A DNA stretch of 63,764 nucleotides from Chara braunii (GCA_003427395.1 BFEA01000012.1:409812-473575), one strand, 5' to 3'; shown: positions 26,587-40,165, counted from the first letter of the stretch. The notes: generated from the letters alone by a model not told the origin. Program-made: numbers and translations.

Positions 26587-28321
26587 CTAGTCGGGTCTCT
26601 TCAGGCGACCAGAAAGCCAACAGGCTGTCACGCAGGGTTTGGTTGAAGTTTGCAATAAATAAAATAAATTAAATAGAGGAAATCCCTTCCTGTTGTGTGC
26701 GTCCGGCTTCGAGCGAGACCCTTCAATTGCGGTCTTCGCCGGTCCCCGGTCTTTGGAATCTTTTATTTTGATTCGGAACAGCCGAGAATCATGCAAATAA
26801 TAATCATAAAATTCTGATATGTCATGCATCCATCAATTTGCCAATTTTAAAATTTTTTAGAATTGTGACGAGATCATCTGGGAACACAACCATCAAGTAG
26901 AAATAATGCAAAAGAAGCAAGACTGACTGACTCGAGTGATGACAAGGATAAGTGAGGGAAGAACGTGAACTTGTAATAATCTCAGAGAGTAAACGTGAGG
27001 AGAGCATGGCCAGCACTAGTCAAGAGTCCTCACTCATCCCTCTGAACCTCAAGCTCAATCTCTCATTTTGCGGTATATCTGTTGTGCTTCCGGCGAAGCC
27101 TATGTACCCTCTGGGGTTGTGGTCTCTCGATGTAGAGCCATCTGAAGCCTGTTAGTCCTGAGCATCTCCATCCAAGCCCCATGATACAGAAGTCTACCAT
27201 AGCACAAAACTCCTCCCATAGAGTAGGAAGGTATGGTTGAGAGAAAATCCCCTGCCTGAGTTGTCGAAACTCTGAGGGTTCTGTCAATGCCTCGTAATCA
27301 ATCACCGCAGGGGAAATATACCTCTTCGCTAGTTCTACCAAGTCTCCCCAACGAGAACCGTTTGTGAGAAGGAAAGGAACTGGAGGCTTGGGGTAATCTA
27401 TGTAGAGCTTTGGTCCAAAGCTGCGCATCAGCTTCACTTCATTTTAATCTAACTCTTTCTCTCTCTTCTAGGTACCTGGCCGCAGCAACCCAGACTGAAT
27501 CGAAGTACTGATGAGTCTCCTCGCCTTTCTTTATGTAGAGTCTCAGGTCGAGGATGGTGCCTGCTGCAAAACTGGTGAGAACAACAAAAATGGATAGTTT
27601 TCCTTGTTTGAAGCCAACTGCACTGACGTACCGATACTGGACTGCATCTTTGAGGGCTATGATGTTGAGACTGGCCAAGACTGATTCACTAACAGGAGAA
27701 GACTGGACTGCACTCATGGGCTGATGCTGGTCGTTAAAACTGATCTCTCCACCTTTTTATGAGAGTGTCACCTAACTGATATTTGATGAGGCAAAGAGGG
27801 ATGACTGATTGCTGATTGATTCCGACTGGAAGTTTCGAGTAACTCGGACGAATAAATGTTGATTGAATACTGGCTGAGTGCTGCTCAAACGCTGGTTGAA
27901 TAACGAATCACGGAGTTCTGCTCACTTGGCATCAAAACGCTGAAAGAACTGCAGATTGAAGGGGGGCCACTTGCTGACTTGGATGCTGGTTGGGGTTCCA
28001 AGAGAAAAGTCTGGACACCTTTGTGTTTACCCAAGAGAAAAGTCTGGACACCTTTGTGTTTACCCAAGCCTTACCCTTGCTTGTCCGATGGTCTCTAGCG
28101 AGGAACCTGTGTTGTGCAACTTGCCATTCTGGTTAAAGTATAACACATACTCAATGTACTTCTCTTCTTTTATTTTATGGGTTGCTTTATCTCGCAAGAT
28201 TGTTTTCTGAAGCTCCATACTCTGGATAGCCTCGGTTTCCCAGCCTTCATGCTTCTTTTTAAAAACCTCGCATTTAATCACTAAGATCTCCTCCTCTTTC
28301 ATGGCCTCTCTCAGTCCCCGT
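26587..28321 (-). pseudogene. Decayed accessory-ORF cassette of a second element (left flank)
   Basis: Packed minus-strand ORFs at 28302-28060, 27717-27439 (frameshifting into 27437-27063), 27016-26822 and 26829-26587 (ATGCATGA overlap). The 27717 protein carries PPVPFLLTNGSRWGDLVELAKR, similar to the ORF at 44554-44895. Confidence 0.6.
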
Positions 28322-28884
28322 TGTCAACCGGAAGAAGTATCCTGCCGGCACGTCGACCAAACGCTATGTCTCGCGCCGCGTCTGTCACCCACGAGAGGGC
28401 TGGTCGGGGCTCCTGTAACCTGCATAATCCACGTTAGTCGTCAAGCATACAAAAGTCGACTTAGACTGACTCTCGCCACATGCACACAAGTCTCACTAGG
28501 CAGTGTTGGGGACAAATAAAAAGAGCATTTTCATTCAATCCAAAACAATGGGGCTCTCTGCGCTGTTCCCGGCCTCAGGTGCCAATCCCTCGTCTAGGAG
28601 GGGAAAATCAGTTTAAGTAGCTACGGATCTCCTCTGTACTCTGAGCCTGACCCTTCTCCCAGTCGGATGCCGGCGATATCGGGCTTAATGGTCCCAAGGA
28701 ACCGTGCTAGAGCTCTCTGTGTCAGAAGTCGCATCCCGGGCTCATTGAGGCCAGAGCTCGAGATCAACCGTGACCATGCCTTCACACGACAACGCCGATT
28801 TCTGCCTCGTGCAAAGGTCTCAGATGTACTAGGCTCGGTGACCCGTCTCAGCATGTGCCCTCCCAGAGGGCCCTCTTCGGGATG

Positions 28885-29430
28885 CCCCCTTTTGGAAAGG
28901 CCCGGTTCGGAATGTACCCTTTCGAAAGGCCCGCTTCAGAATGTACCCCTTTCAAAAGGCCCGGTTCGGAATGTACCCTCTCAAAAGGCCCGGTTCGGAT
29001 TGTACCCTTTCGAAAGGCCCAGCTCTCAGTATCCTGACTGTACTCCAAAAGACCCTTTTTACCGACGTCCGGACTATGCCGACGAAAGGCCCGCTTCGCA
29101 ATGTTCTGACTGTGCCCCAAAAAGGCCCCTTTCGCCATAGTCCAACTGTGCCTCCGAAAGGCCCGCTTCGTGATGTCACGACCGTGCCCAAAAAAGGGCC
29201 TTTTCGCCGTAGTCCAATCTGTGCCTCCGAAAGGCCTGCTTTGTGTTGTCCCGACCGTGCCCAAAAGAGGCCCTTTTCGTCGTAGTCCAATTTGTGCCTC
29301 CGAAAGGCCTGCTTCGTGTTGTCCCGACCGTGCCCAAAAGAGGCCCTTTTCGCCGTAGTCCAATCCGTGCCTCCGAAAGGCCTGTTCCGTGTTGTCCCGA
29401 CCGTACCCAAAAGGCCCTTTTCGCCGGTGA
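28885..29430. repeat. LTR-internal tandem arrays (~29-bp and 73-bp units)
   Basis: AAAGGCCCGGTTCGGAATGTACCCTTTCG repeated 4-5 times; 73-bp unit at 29154, 29227, 29300 and 29373. The same arrays occur at about 48235-48750. Confidence 0.9.
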
Positions 29431-29459
29431 ACTAACAGCGCCCCGAAGGCCCTTTCCGT

Positions 29460-30796
29460 TGTCGCCTGGGTCTTCCAACTTACTCAGCCGCCCTGGCTCT
29501 CGAGCGTTCCCCTTTCTGAACAGCGCACTCTTTCAGTCCCTCCACCTGCTCCCCGACTCTACTTGACCGATTTCGACGGATCGATAGTGCTAGTCCCCCC
29601 CCTTCCATGTTATGCCTCCTCTCCCGAAGTTTTGGCCCTTCACTCCCTCGTCTGCCGTTGGTGCGCGTGCTTCCTACGGCCCCTTCGACGGCCCCCACGT
29701 TCAGGCCTTACGGAGGTTCAGTTACTCAGAAAAGGCCGCTTGTTTGTCCAGCGTTCAGGCTCTGGCCGAGCCTGCAGTGCCTCAACCGTCGGGACCCCCT
29801 TCGAGGAAAAAAAGAATCTTCGCCCCGACTCACGGCGGAGTCTTGACTGCGTCCGAACTGCAAATCTCGGCGCGGAAAGCCAAGACCCAGGCCGAGATTT
29901 TTGGGCCGAACTCCAGCGGGGTTCCACCCCTCTCTTACATAGAGATTCCAAAATGCAAACGACCCCAATTTTTGCTGGAAAACATTTGGACACGAATTAC
30001 ACTAGCCCAAGACAAGCTTCCGCCCGAACTTGGGCAGAAAATTTTCCCCCNCCCCTTTTTTTTTTTTTGAATAGAGATTACAAATACGAAATGCAAATAA
30101 GACCAACAAGAGCTGGTGGTAGACGATCCACCCCCTCCCCGGCCCCGAACTCTCCCTGCACACTTAGTTGTTCGATTTGTCACCCCAGACTCTCTCCCTC
30201 TTCCCATTCCCCCTCTCTAATGCCCTCTCTCGTCACTCCCTCTCTCTCTCTCCCTCTTCGATACCTCCTCTCGACACACCCTCTCTCTCTCTCTCTCTCT
30301 TCGATGCCTCCTCTCGACACTCCCTCTCTCGCTCTCTCCCTTCGATACCCTCTCTCGACACTCCCTCTTTCCCTCTCATTCTCCTCGGTACCTTCTCTCA
30401 ACGCTCCCTCTCTCTCTCTCTCTCTTGGATATTCTCNNNNNNNNNNNNNNNNNNNNNNNNNNNNNNNNNNNNNNNNNNNNNNNNNNNNNNNNNNNNNNNN
30501 NNNNNNNNNNNNNNNNNNNNNNNNNNNNNNNNNNNNNNNNNNNNNNNNNNNNNNNNNNNNNNNNNNNNNNNNNNNNNNNNNNNNNNNNNNNNNNNNNNNN
30601 NNNNNNNNNNNNNNNNNNNNNNNNNNNNNNNNNNNNNNNNNNNNNNNNNNNNNNNNNNNNNNNNNNNNNNNNNNNNNNNNNNNNNNNNNNNNNNNNNNNN
30701 NNNNNNNNNNNNNNNNNNNNNNNNNNNNNNNNNNNNNNNNNNNNNNNNNNNNNNNNNNNNNNNNNNNNNNNNNNNNNNNNNNNNNNNNNNNNNNNN

Positions 30797-30843
<47 letters not shown>

Positions 30844-31312
30844 CTTTTCCCCGGAGGCCTCGTGACCACGAACCGAGTAGAATAGACCAACTGAATAAGC
30901 CACGCGGCAAGTTCGTCGAGGCCCGAGAATGCGACCAGAGCGTTCGTGGTCACGAAGAGCTTTGATAGCGCTCGCTAGCGTACATGCCGAAGTCCACGAA
31001 CTGAGTACGCGCCCAGATCACTCCCTCGAGCAGATCTGCAGGGCACGTGACTAATGGCCGCTCCGATCATATATCAAGCGCAAAGTCGCTAAGAGCTCAG
31101 ATAGCGCGTGTAATCAATGCTACAAGCCCCCGATCTCTCCCGAAGCTCGCAAGCAGTCGTCCTCGAGAATTACAGACCGAGGGCACGGGGCCCGCCTTTC
31201 GAAAACCGCCAGCGTTTGTACGACGGGCTAAGCGCATGGAGCACTTCTCTCCTCTCCTTCTGACCTCTCCCCCCTTCGGCGTGCGCTCTCTCTTCTTCTC
31301 TCCGGGAGCTTA

Positions 31313-31402
<90 letters not shown>

Positions 31403-33555
31403 CCACTCTCTCTGTCGACAGTCTCCCTCTCTCTCTCTCTCTCTTCGCTAGAGAGTCGCGCCCTCCCAAGACGCTTAACGCACGCGCGCGCCAATGTCAT
31501 GCTCCGCTCTCCTCGTACGCCCCCCTTCCTTCACTGGCCCCCGTAGCAAGGACGCCGGCTTCCCAAAGGAGCTCGGTCGTATCGACCCCAAGTCTCCTCG
31601 TCTTTCTCCCCCCCCCTTCTCTTCTCACATGCGCTTCTCGTACGATCGTCCGTCGGGCGCGCCCGGTGATGGAGTCGCCCTTCCCCCCTGACTATCGCCT
31701 ATGCGAGCTCGAAGTCGTGCGCCCCTCTTTCTCACTCTCTATCTCCTCCTCTCTTTCCCTCTCTCTCTCTCTCTGTCCCGCCAGCTCTTTCGCGTGCTTT
31801 CACATGCACCATCGCCCGTCCTTTCTCCCGTCGACCTGTTTCGAACCGGAGCGCTCCGCTCGTGCACCACGATGGTTCGTCGGGCGCGTCCAGCGATGGA
31901 GTCACCCTTCCCCCCCGACTATCGCCTACGCGAGCTTGAAGTTGTACGCCCCTCTTTCTCCCTCTCTCCCTCCCCCTTGCTCTCTTTCTGTCGGGTGTGG
32001 ACCAGCCCGCGTTTTCAGGCGCCCCGATCCCGAGTGCTGTGAGCGTCCGCCAGCCCGGCTCCTCAGCTCGGGAGCCGGTATGAGGTTCACGCTACTTTCC
32101 GCTATCGGTGCGCGACTTGTCCCCCCCCACTTACGGACGCCTCCCTTCCTTCTCTCCCCGCCTTCTTTTTATACTTTCTTTTTTTCTTCTTCGATGCTTA
32201 CTCGGCAGACTCCTTCCTTCTCAGGGGGCCAAGTTTAAAAATTTCAAGGAATTTTTCCTCCTTCCCGCCTCGTCTCTCCCCTTCTTTGTTACTCGCCTTC
32301 TAGCTGATCCGTCCCCAGCTCTTTTCCTCCAGTAGAATCCGCCTTCTCTTTTCTCCCCTGGCTTCAAAAACCACGAGCGACTCCCGCCTCACACCGCCTT
32401 CTCTCACCAGCCCCCACTCCCCGTTCTCGATCTCTCCCCCGTGTCTTGATCACCAATCGGAATCTTTCCTTCCCTTCTCCCTGGATCGGCCGTGGTTGGT
32501 GAGCGAAATTTTCCCTTCCTTCGTTCCTGCCTATCACCACCCGCTCCCCTCACCTTCTTTCGCTGCCCAGGGCGTTCTTGCACGCGCGCTCCCCTCTTTC
32601 TTACTTGGCTCCTAGGACTGCACATGCTCGTTTTCCCAGCTTCAATCTACCCGTCGCTTCGGCTTCCTCCCGCACGAACTGCACTGTTGACAGTTAGCAA
32701 GACAAATGAGTGTGTGCACCCTTCCCAAATTCAGTTATCCCGATCAAAGAGGCGCGTTCTCCCTCGTTTCTCCCGCGAGCCCTGTCGCACGCTTGAGCCC
32801 TGCATGGTGCTTCTTAGCCCAACCGTTTCTCCCTCTTTTAAGCATCCATTTTCTTTTTCATCACAGGAGCCCGCCGATTTAATCTGAACTGCGTCCCTCC
32901 CATTTTTGGAGCTCTCTGACTAGCCTTCCTCTTCCTGCTTAGCTCGCTCGTGCGGGGTCCCCGCTTTTAATCGCCCGCGTCCGACCATTACCTTGTGGAG
33001 ATCACATACCGTGGCACGGAGCCGATTTCCCACCATGACGATCAACCCGTATTGGCCGTGGGCGGGCCGATTACGTGAACTCGCTCAACATGCTTGAGCA
33101 ACAGCACCTCAGCCGATTTGGACCTTCGCCACGGGGCGGTCGCACTCGCGGCGGCAGCGGCAATTCAAGTTGGCGTGATCGGCACTGGAACTTTGCATAC
33201 CATAGTCACACACCCAGGCTTGTCCATGACAAGCATGGCCTCCAGTATCGTCCTTTCCTCAAGATTTCTCCTTCCGGTCCAACGTTAGCTTGCCTTTTCC
33301 TCATTCTTCACACCTGACATTAGAATCTCCAATTTTTGGCCGACACTCGACCCCGCTTGCGACCTCGCATCAACCGCTTCCATCCTTGCTTGTTCAAACG
33401 TTAGTCCGGATGAAAAAGAAAAAAAAAACTTTCCCAACCCCTTCAAGCCGCATACGTCCATGCATCAAACGGGCAAAAAACACAAAAGAAAACATGCAAA
33501 AAACTTATATGGTATGCGAAAAGAGCACACTCGGCTGGTAGGCAGCCACCCGACA
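29460..33555. mobile_element. Nested solo LTR (or non-autonomous LTR element)
   Basis: TGTCG...CGACA termini, a 4-bp CCGT target-site duplication (29456-29459 and 33556-33559), and absence from the partner LTR near 48783. Confidence 0.85.
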
Positions 33556-36059
33556 CCGTCCGGTGATCCGACTGTGCCCCAAATGCCCTCTCTGTCCGAT
33601 GTTCCAGCTGCACCCTAAATGCCCTCTCTGTCCGGTGTTCCAGCTGCCCCCCGAAGGCCCTTTCCGCAGTGCGAGGCCATCCCGACCTGCAGCGCGCGAG
33701 TGTGCGCGATCGTCCCCCGCGTCCCGATCTCTAGTGCACGGGCGCGCGCGACTGTGCACGGCCTTTCCCCGCGTCCTGACCTGCAGCACGTTGTTGCGCG
33801 CAGACTAGCCTGCCTGTCCCGACCGTGCGAGGGTGCGCGCACTGATGCGCGTGGGCTGCCTCGCCCGACGCTTGCGAGCGGTACTCGCACTCGCGCACGC
33901 GAGCTCCCCCGCTCTTTCCCGCTTGTGCGCGGGTGCGCGTGCTGATGCGCGCGGCTTCCCTGCCTGACCCCGCTTGCGCGCGGTGCGCCCCCGCTCTTTC
34001 CCGCTTGAGCGCGGGTGCGCACGCTAATGCGCGCGGGCCTCTTTGCCCGATCCCGCTTGCGCATGGTGCGGGCACTGGTGTGCATGTGCTCCCCCGATCT
34101 TTCCCGCTTGTGCGTTTTTCCACTTGTGCGCGGGTGCTCGCTCTGGTGTATGCGAGCTCCCCCGCTCTTTCCCGCTTGAGCACGAGTGCGCACGCTCGTG
34201 CGCGCGAGCTCCCCCGCTCTATCCCGCTTGTGCGCCAGTGCACGCGCTGATGCTTGCGGGCTTCTTCGCCCGATCCCGCTTGCGTGCGGGGCGCATGCTG
34301 GTGCGCATGCGCTCCCCTTCTCTTTCCCGCTTGTACGCGGGTGCGCGAGCTTCCTTGCCCGATCCCGCTTGCGCGCGGTGCGCGTGCGCTCCCTCGCTCT
34401 TTCCCGCTTGTGCGCGGGTGCACGCGCTGATGCGTGAGGGCTTCCTTGCCCGATCCCGCTTGCGCACGGTGCGCGTATTGGTGCGCACGGGCTCCCGCAC
34501 GTGGTGTGTGCACATGTGCGCGCCTGCGCGCCTGTGCGCCTGTGTGCTTGTGCGCCTGCACATGTGTGCCCGCACGTGGTGACGCTTACGTGGGTGCGCC
34601 CCGGTGCGTGGTGAGACGTGGAGTCGTGCACGCACGCCCCCCCATGCGCCCCGGTACTCCCTCGTGCGAGATACTTTCCTGTCTCCTTCCTCCGTGCGTG
34701 TTGGGGAGCGCCCTTCCCTTCGTGCGTCCTCTGCTCGTGCATCCAAAAGTCCCCTGTCCCCGGCCCGGTTCAACTTTTATACTTTGCCGGGCCCGCTTTC
34801 CGAAGTGTGCCCCAACCCTTGTGTGCACCGAGGCTGCCAACAAGTTGCAGCGCCCCGGTACCGTACCTGTTCCCGAGCCTGATTGGGCTCCCGAAAGGTT
34901 TCCAACGATGGGGGCCTTTTGCTCAGGAAGTGGGCCCTTTGCAGCTCCCCAGTACCGAGGCTACTCCCTAGCCTGTCCCGGGCCTATTTGGGCCTAGGTG
35001 GTCCCCACTCACAGGTGGTACTGGACCCTTAGGAAAAATCCTGTGCCCCCCCCCCGAAACCCTCGGTCATAGGGACCATTTCCGGGCCTTTTCTTAGCGC
35101 CAAGGCCCGCCTAAAAGGCCGATCTCCATCATCTCCAACGCCGGGTGTTCCTGGAATTTGGTATCTTGTAGTAACCTCGGAGGCTGCCACTGCTTGAGAT
35201 GCTCGAAGCCCTGCGTCAAGGGCCCGACGCCCATTTCCCTTCTAGCCTTTTGCCGACCCTTGGTGCAATTCCGGCCCCTCACAGCAGTGCCCTTTGTCCT
35301 GAGCCCTTGGCGTCTTTCCATGCTCGTCAGCGGCTCACCCCCGTATTTGCCCGGGTGAGGATGTCCCGTCCAATTCTCGTAGTTTCGTTCTTTTCAGATG
35401 CCGCGGCCGGCACTCGTGGTATCGTTCTGTCGGCATAACTCCCGGATCCTGGTCGCGGTCCCTGCCGGTAAAATAAGTGGGCCGGCCCCTTGCCAAGCAA
35501 TCCTTATCGAGGAAGTAAAGGGCGGCATAAGACTAGAGCCACCCGACAGCAGCCCCCCCCTCCATTCTCGGCGTCCCCGGCTAACCATCTTGGCATCTCA
35601 AGGAAAAAGGGAAAGGAGAAAATGTTGACTCCTAATCTCTACCCATCAACCCAAGATTATCCTCATCATGTCTGCCGCGTCCTTTTCCTTTGCTTCTTTT
35701 TCTTGTCTTGCTTTTTCTTAATCATTCTCTTCTTAATCCCTAATCGCTTCTTGGCCCCTCGCCGTCCCCTCTCGCGGCGGTGCTTGTTCTCTCCCTTGTC
35801 TACTACTAACACACTCCTAATGGCTTCCTTACCCTTGCGCTTCCTCTCTCGTCTTAATGTAGCCGATTCGGCAACCTTCTGTCTCTTTTTCTTCATGTCT
35901 TTCCGTTGGTCATGTCGGACCCGTAAGACTTTTTCTCGACCCATTTTCGTGGGTCTCTTAGAGGATTCTCCTACTTCATAAGTGGACTTCCCAGTGGGTT
36001 CTTCCGTAGGCTCTTCCAAGCGTTTCTCTAGCTGTTCTCCGACCCCCTCCTTCTCCCTA

Positions 36060-37197
36060 TCCTTCTCCAAACGCAGGGTAGTTTCCTTTCGATCCTGAAA
36101 TACCTTTAAGCGGGCCCCAGACACCGGCTCTTTCCATCTTGTTCCGTCTAATTCCTCGAGCAGGTAGGCTTAGCCCTCCAACCTCTTAATCACACGGTTG
36201 GGCCCCATCCATCTGTTTGCTAGCTTCCCTATCCATGTTCTCTCCAGAGTGGAATCGTAGAGTAGGACTAGGCTGTCAGTAGGTATTCCTTCCTGCCTGA
36301 CCCAAAGGTTCTTGTCCCACCTTTCCTTCTCCTTTCCGCTCTGTTTTTTTAGCTTTTCTATGGCGTCCAAGGTGCTGCCCTCAAGGGTCTCGGCTATTTG
36401 CTTAATCCTAGCGGCCAATAGCTGCTCCCTGGTCGAAACTCTTCCCAATCAATCGCCGTCCATGAGTCCGTATGAAATTCTATGGGTAAGGAGGGGCAAT
36501 GCCTTCCGAACCATAAAGTGTAGGGTGGGTATCCAGTAGTCGATTGAACCATAACATTATCTGCCCAGACGGCGAATCTCAAATACTTCGGCCACTTCTT
36601 CTCCCTCCCTTTGCACCATTTAGCGAGCACATTCACTAGAGACCGGTGCCCTCTTTCTACAGGACCATTAGTTTGAGGGTGATATGTCGTGGATAGCGAC
36701 ACTCGGATTCCTGATTTCTGAAGCAAATCCTGGACTTCCTCAGCCATAAACTCTAACCCCCTATCCATGACGATCTTCCCGACACATCCGTACCTGGTGA
36801 TATATTCCGTCAGATATTCATTGACAGCCTTACTAGTCTTTTGACGTAGCGCCCACGCTTTCACGAACCCAGTCAAGTCGTCCCTAATATCCATGATGTA
36901 GTTCATTCCCCCTACTCCCTTGGGCATCTTGACTAAGTCTACGTGAACTTTTTGTCCTACCGTTGTCGGATACGAAGGGAACAAGGGTTCCTTATACTTA
37001 ACTATAGCCCTCTTCTGGCATTCTACGCATGTCAGGCAGTACGACTCCACGTCCATATATAGACCGTCCCACCAATAGAGTTTCCTGACCTTCTCAAAAG
37101 TTCCCTTTACTCCCCTGTGTCCCACGAGGATACCGTCGTGAAGTTCCGCTATTATTGATTGCCGCTCACCCTCATCGCAAACCACTCTCATCGGCAT
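36060..37197 (-). pseudogene. Integrase
   Basis: HHCC finger (HDGILVGH...CLTCVEC), core VHVDLV...IVMDRG...HPQTNGPVER, and GPY-like RWMGPNRV. Frameshift near 36440. Confidence 0.95.
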
Positions 37198-37408
37198 TCC
37201 GTTTTTAGGTGGTCTCTTAAAGAGGTGACCCGCCCTGAGGCAATACTGTTGAGCCTACTTCCTAAGCCTGTCATCCAACTCAGCTTTGCGTATGAGATAT
37301 CGCCCTATGTGATAATACTTACCGGTGTAAAGATTCTCTAGAAACAAAGGGACCTCACTTCTACTAGGCTTCATCCTTAATGAACCTATCTCCATTTGTA
37401 AAAACTTG

Positions 37409-37830
37409 TCAACCCCCCCCGGCGATCCCAGGTTTATCTTCTAGCGGAATTTGCGATAAGCCATCCGCAACTGAATTCCTAGCCCCGGATATTCGCTCCA
37501 CCACATAGTCAAACATTCTTATGTGCATGAGCCATCTAGTAATTGTAGGGTCTGTCAACGAGAATTTTTTTTGCAAGACGGCCGCCACCGCTGTCGGATC
37601 GACCCGCAGTACGAACCTTCGTCCGTAAATATAATGTCGGAAGACATTCAAACAATGCACCACCCCGAGGACTTCTTTCTTAAATTGTGAGTAGTTCCTC
37701 TCAGTGGTGTTTAAGGTTTTACTTTCGAATCTGAGAGGCCTCTCGTTACCATCCTGATCTTTTTGAGCCAAGACTCCACGAACGGAGGCAGGTCCCGCGT
37801 CCGTACATGCTACAAATGCTCGCTTCTCCT
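37409..37830 (-). pseudogene. RNase H
   Basis: ERPLRFESKTLNTTERNYSQFKKEVLGVV...LRVDP...NSVADGLS. Confidence 0.92.
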
Positions 37831-39123
37831 CGTCTTCAAAGGGACTCCAAGGACTTGACCTCCTTCCTTAAACTCGTCCTTCAATGCCCTTACTGTATCT
37901 TCCTGTTCACTCGTCAATTTCCACTTTACTCCTTTGCGCAACAGCCTCCTCAACGGCTCGACCTTCCCAGCGTATCCTTTTATGAAATTCTTCCAGAACC
38001 CGACCACCCCTAAAAATTGGCGTATATCAGTAATATGTTGTAGCAGAGTAGTCCAGTTCGTAAGTTTTTCTAACTTTGTCGGGTCCGGCCGTCTGCCGTC
38101 CCTGCCACAGATATAACCCAATATCCTTATGGAGGATACTGCCCACCTACTTTTCGTCCCGCTCACCGTGAGGTTTGCATCCTCTAACTTCATTAGTACC
38201 TTCTTAATATCCTCAGCATGGGTTGCGACGAACCTCCTCACTCCAGGCCTCACTTTTGTCTCATCTCTCTCGTATGGCCCCTTGATCGGGAAGTCATCTA
38301 CGAAAACTTCCACCAAATTTGGTACAAGCTCCCCCAAAATGGCCACCATTGCCCTTTGGAAGATTGCGCCGCCATTAGTCCACCCCATCGGTACCACCAT
38401 CATCTGGATTAAACCAAACAGCGTATGCATCGCAGTCAGATGTCGGTCTCGATAGTCAAGCACAATGTCATCGTAGCCCGAGAAAAGGTCGCATACCGAG
38501 TAAATTGAACGCCCGGCAGATCCTTCAGATAGGAGATCCACATTTGGGATGCACCCAACGTCTCTAACCGTGACCTTATTCGTTTTCTGTAGGTCTTGTA
38601 TCCATCGCAGCTTCCCATTTGATTTCCATATGAAGAACCACCTGTTTGCACAGGCGCTCTCACATGGCTCCGCTACGAACGTTCTTATCTTCTCCTTCAG
38701 GAAGTCTACTATCATCCCCTTCTCCTTCCGTGCACACTTCCACCCTGCGTCATTCCATGGAACGTGCAAAACCGTATACATCCTTGCGGGCTTAGCATAT
38801 CGAGGGTCTATTCGCCCTCTCTCTGCGTCACAAAAGCCTACCGCCTTGTCACATGCCCTTGATGTCTCTATTATCAGCTCTCTCTCCTCCTTAGTTATAT
38901 TCCCATCGCCTCTATCCATCCCTTTTAACCTGTCTTCAGTAATTCTTTGCCCTTCAGAGGCCTTTCGTTCTCTGATCATCTGAGTAATTTTTTCCTCAGT
39001 GATCCCTATCTCTCCGGTCCTATCACGGTTGACCACAACTGGTTTGACTTTTTGTGCTACAGTTTTGTATCTCTTCCCCCCGCCGTGTGGGGGGATTCCT
39101 CCAAAAAAGACAGGTTTATGCAC
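37810..39123 (-). pseudogene. Reverse transcriptase
   Basis: KLRWIQDLQKTNK, CDLFSGYDDI, VPMGWTNG, VFVDD, ILGY and FLGVVGFW. Confidence 0.95.
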
Positions 39124-39399
39124 CCTCCAAACTCGTCATCATCGGCCTCTTTTGCGAGTTGTTCCATCCACGACATACTTGCCGTCTAGGTCCTCCACTT
39201 CAACCCTTCTCCCTTTCACTCTATGGGGGCGTAGAGTACGTTCTTCAGGAACCATTTGGCAACTTCTCGTCATCAACTGACCTCTACTTTGTAAGGAAAC
39301 CTTGTGTAGCTTGTCAAATTCGTTCACGGTCTTTAGGGTAACCCTGCTCCCTTCAGGTCCGTCTATGGTAACCGTCTGACTCCCAGCCCGCTTGTTCTC

Positions 39400-39867
39400 G
39401 ATGGTGGCGTTGACACGCGTCACTCATGTCCTCCCAAGGATTAGCTCCGATGAACAATGCTCAACCATGAAGACTGGCACGGTGGCCTCGACCCCAGCGA
39501 CCACGACCTTGGCTTTATGGCACACCCCAAGCGCGGGCTGCTTCGGCTTGTTAGCGGATATCATAGTCATAGCAACACTCCTGTCTACCTCTAGGCCAAG
39601 CTTTCAGGCCACCTTATCCTCACAGACGGTAGATTCACACCCGTCATCCACTATCGCCTCCATCCATATTCCGATCACGGTGGCGTTCAACTTTCCACTA
39701 CTAAGGACGTAAAAGTAATCGCCCCCGCCTCCATTGGTTTCTACCCGTTCTTCCTCCCCTTTCTCTGCTGCTAGGACGGAGGTTCTCGTCTCTACTTTTG
39801 GTTCTCCAGAAGTTGCCGTCTCCGCCAACGGCACCTTAGCTTTCTTCATCATCCCTCCCCGGTCCAC
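39400..39867 (-). pseudogene. Aspartic protease
   Basis: AIVDDGCESTVC active-site motif, positioned between gag and RT. Confidence 0.75.
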
Positions 39868-40165
39868 AGCCGGCTATGAATTCCTTAAGAGTGATAGGAA
39901 TGGGAATATCCATCGCCCTCCTCAATGGTTCCGTTAAGTCGACCTCGTCCAGTGAGTTTTTCAGCTGAAACTTCTTGGCCCCTCTCTTCCTAGGGGACTG
40001 AGGCGACTTCGGCGACTCTACTTGCTCATCCGTCATCAGTTGATCATGGTCCTCTCTCTTCCCTTTGCTTGATTCGCCGACGCCTTGGGTGCATACATAA
40101 ACTTCCCCATTACTCATTGTTTCCTGAAACTTAATGGATGAAATTCTCATCCCTGGGTTTTCCGG

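Larger units (their letters stand above)
28322..35043 (-). repeat. 3' LTR (interrupted at 29460-33555)
   Basis: Starts TGTCAACCGGAAGAAGTATCC as at 47666. Similarity ends at GGAAAAATCCTG (35043), followed by a poly-C run (G-rich PPT on the minus strand, about 35046-35055). Confidence 0.9.

Noticed and set aside
28667-35000. Long ORFs in the LTRs (e.g. 33615-34742, 48008-49063, 48932-50272)
   Set aside because: They arise from GC-rich, stop-poor tandem repeats open in several frames and carry no domain signal.
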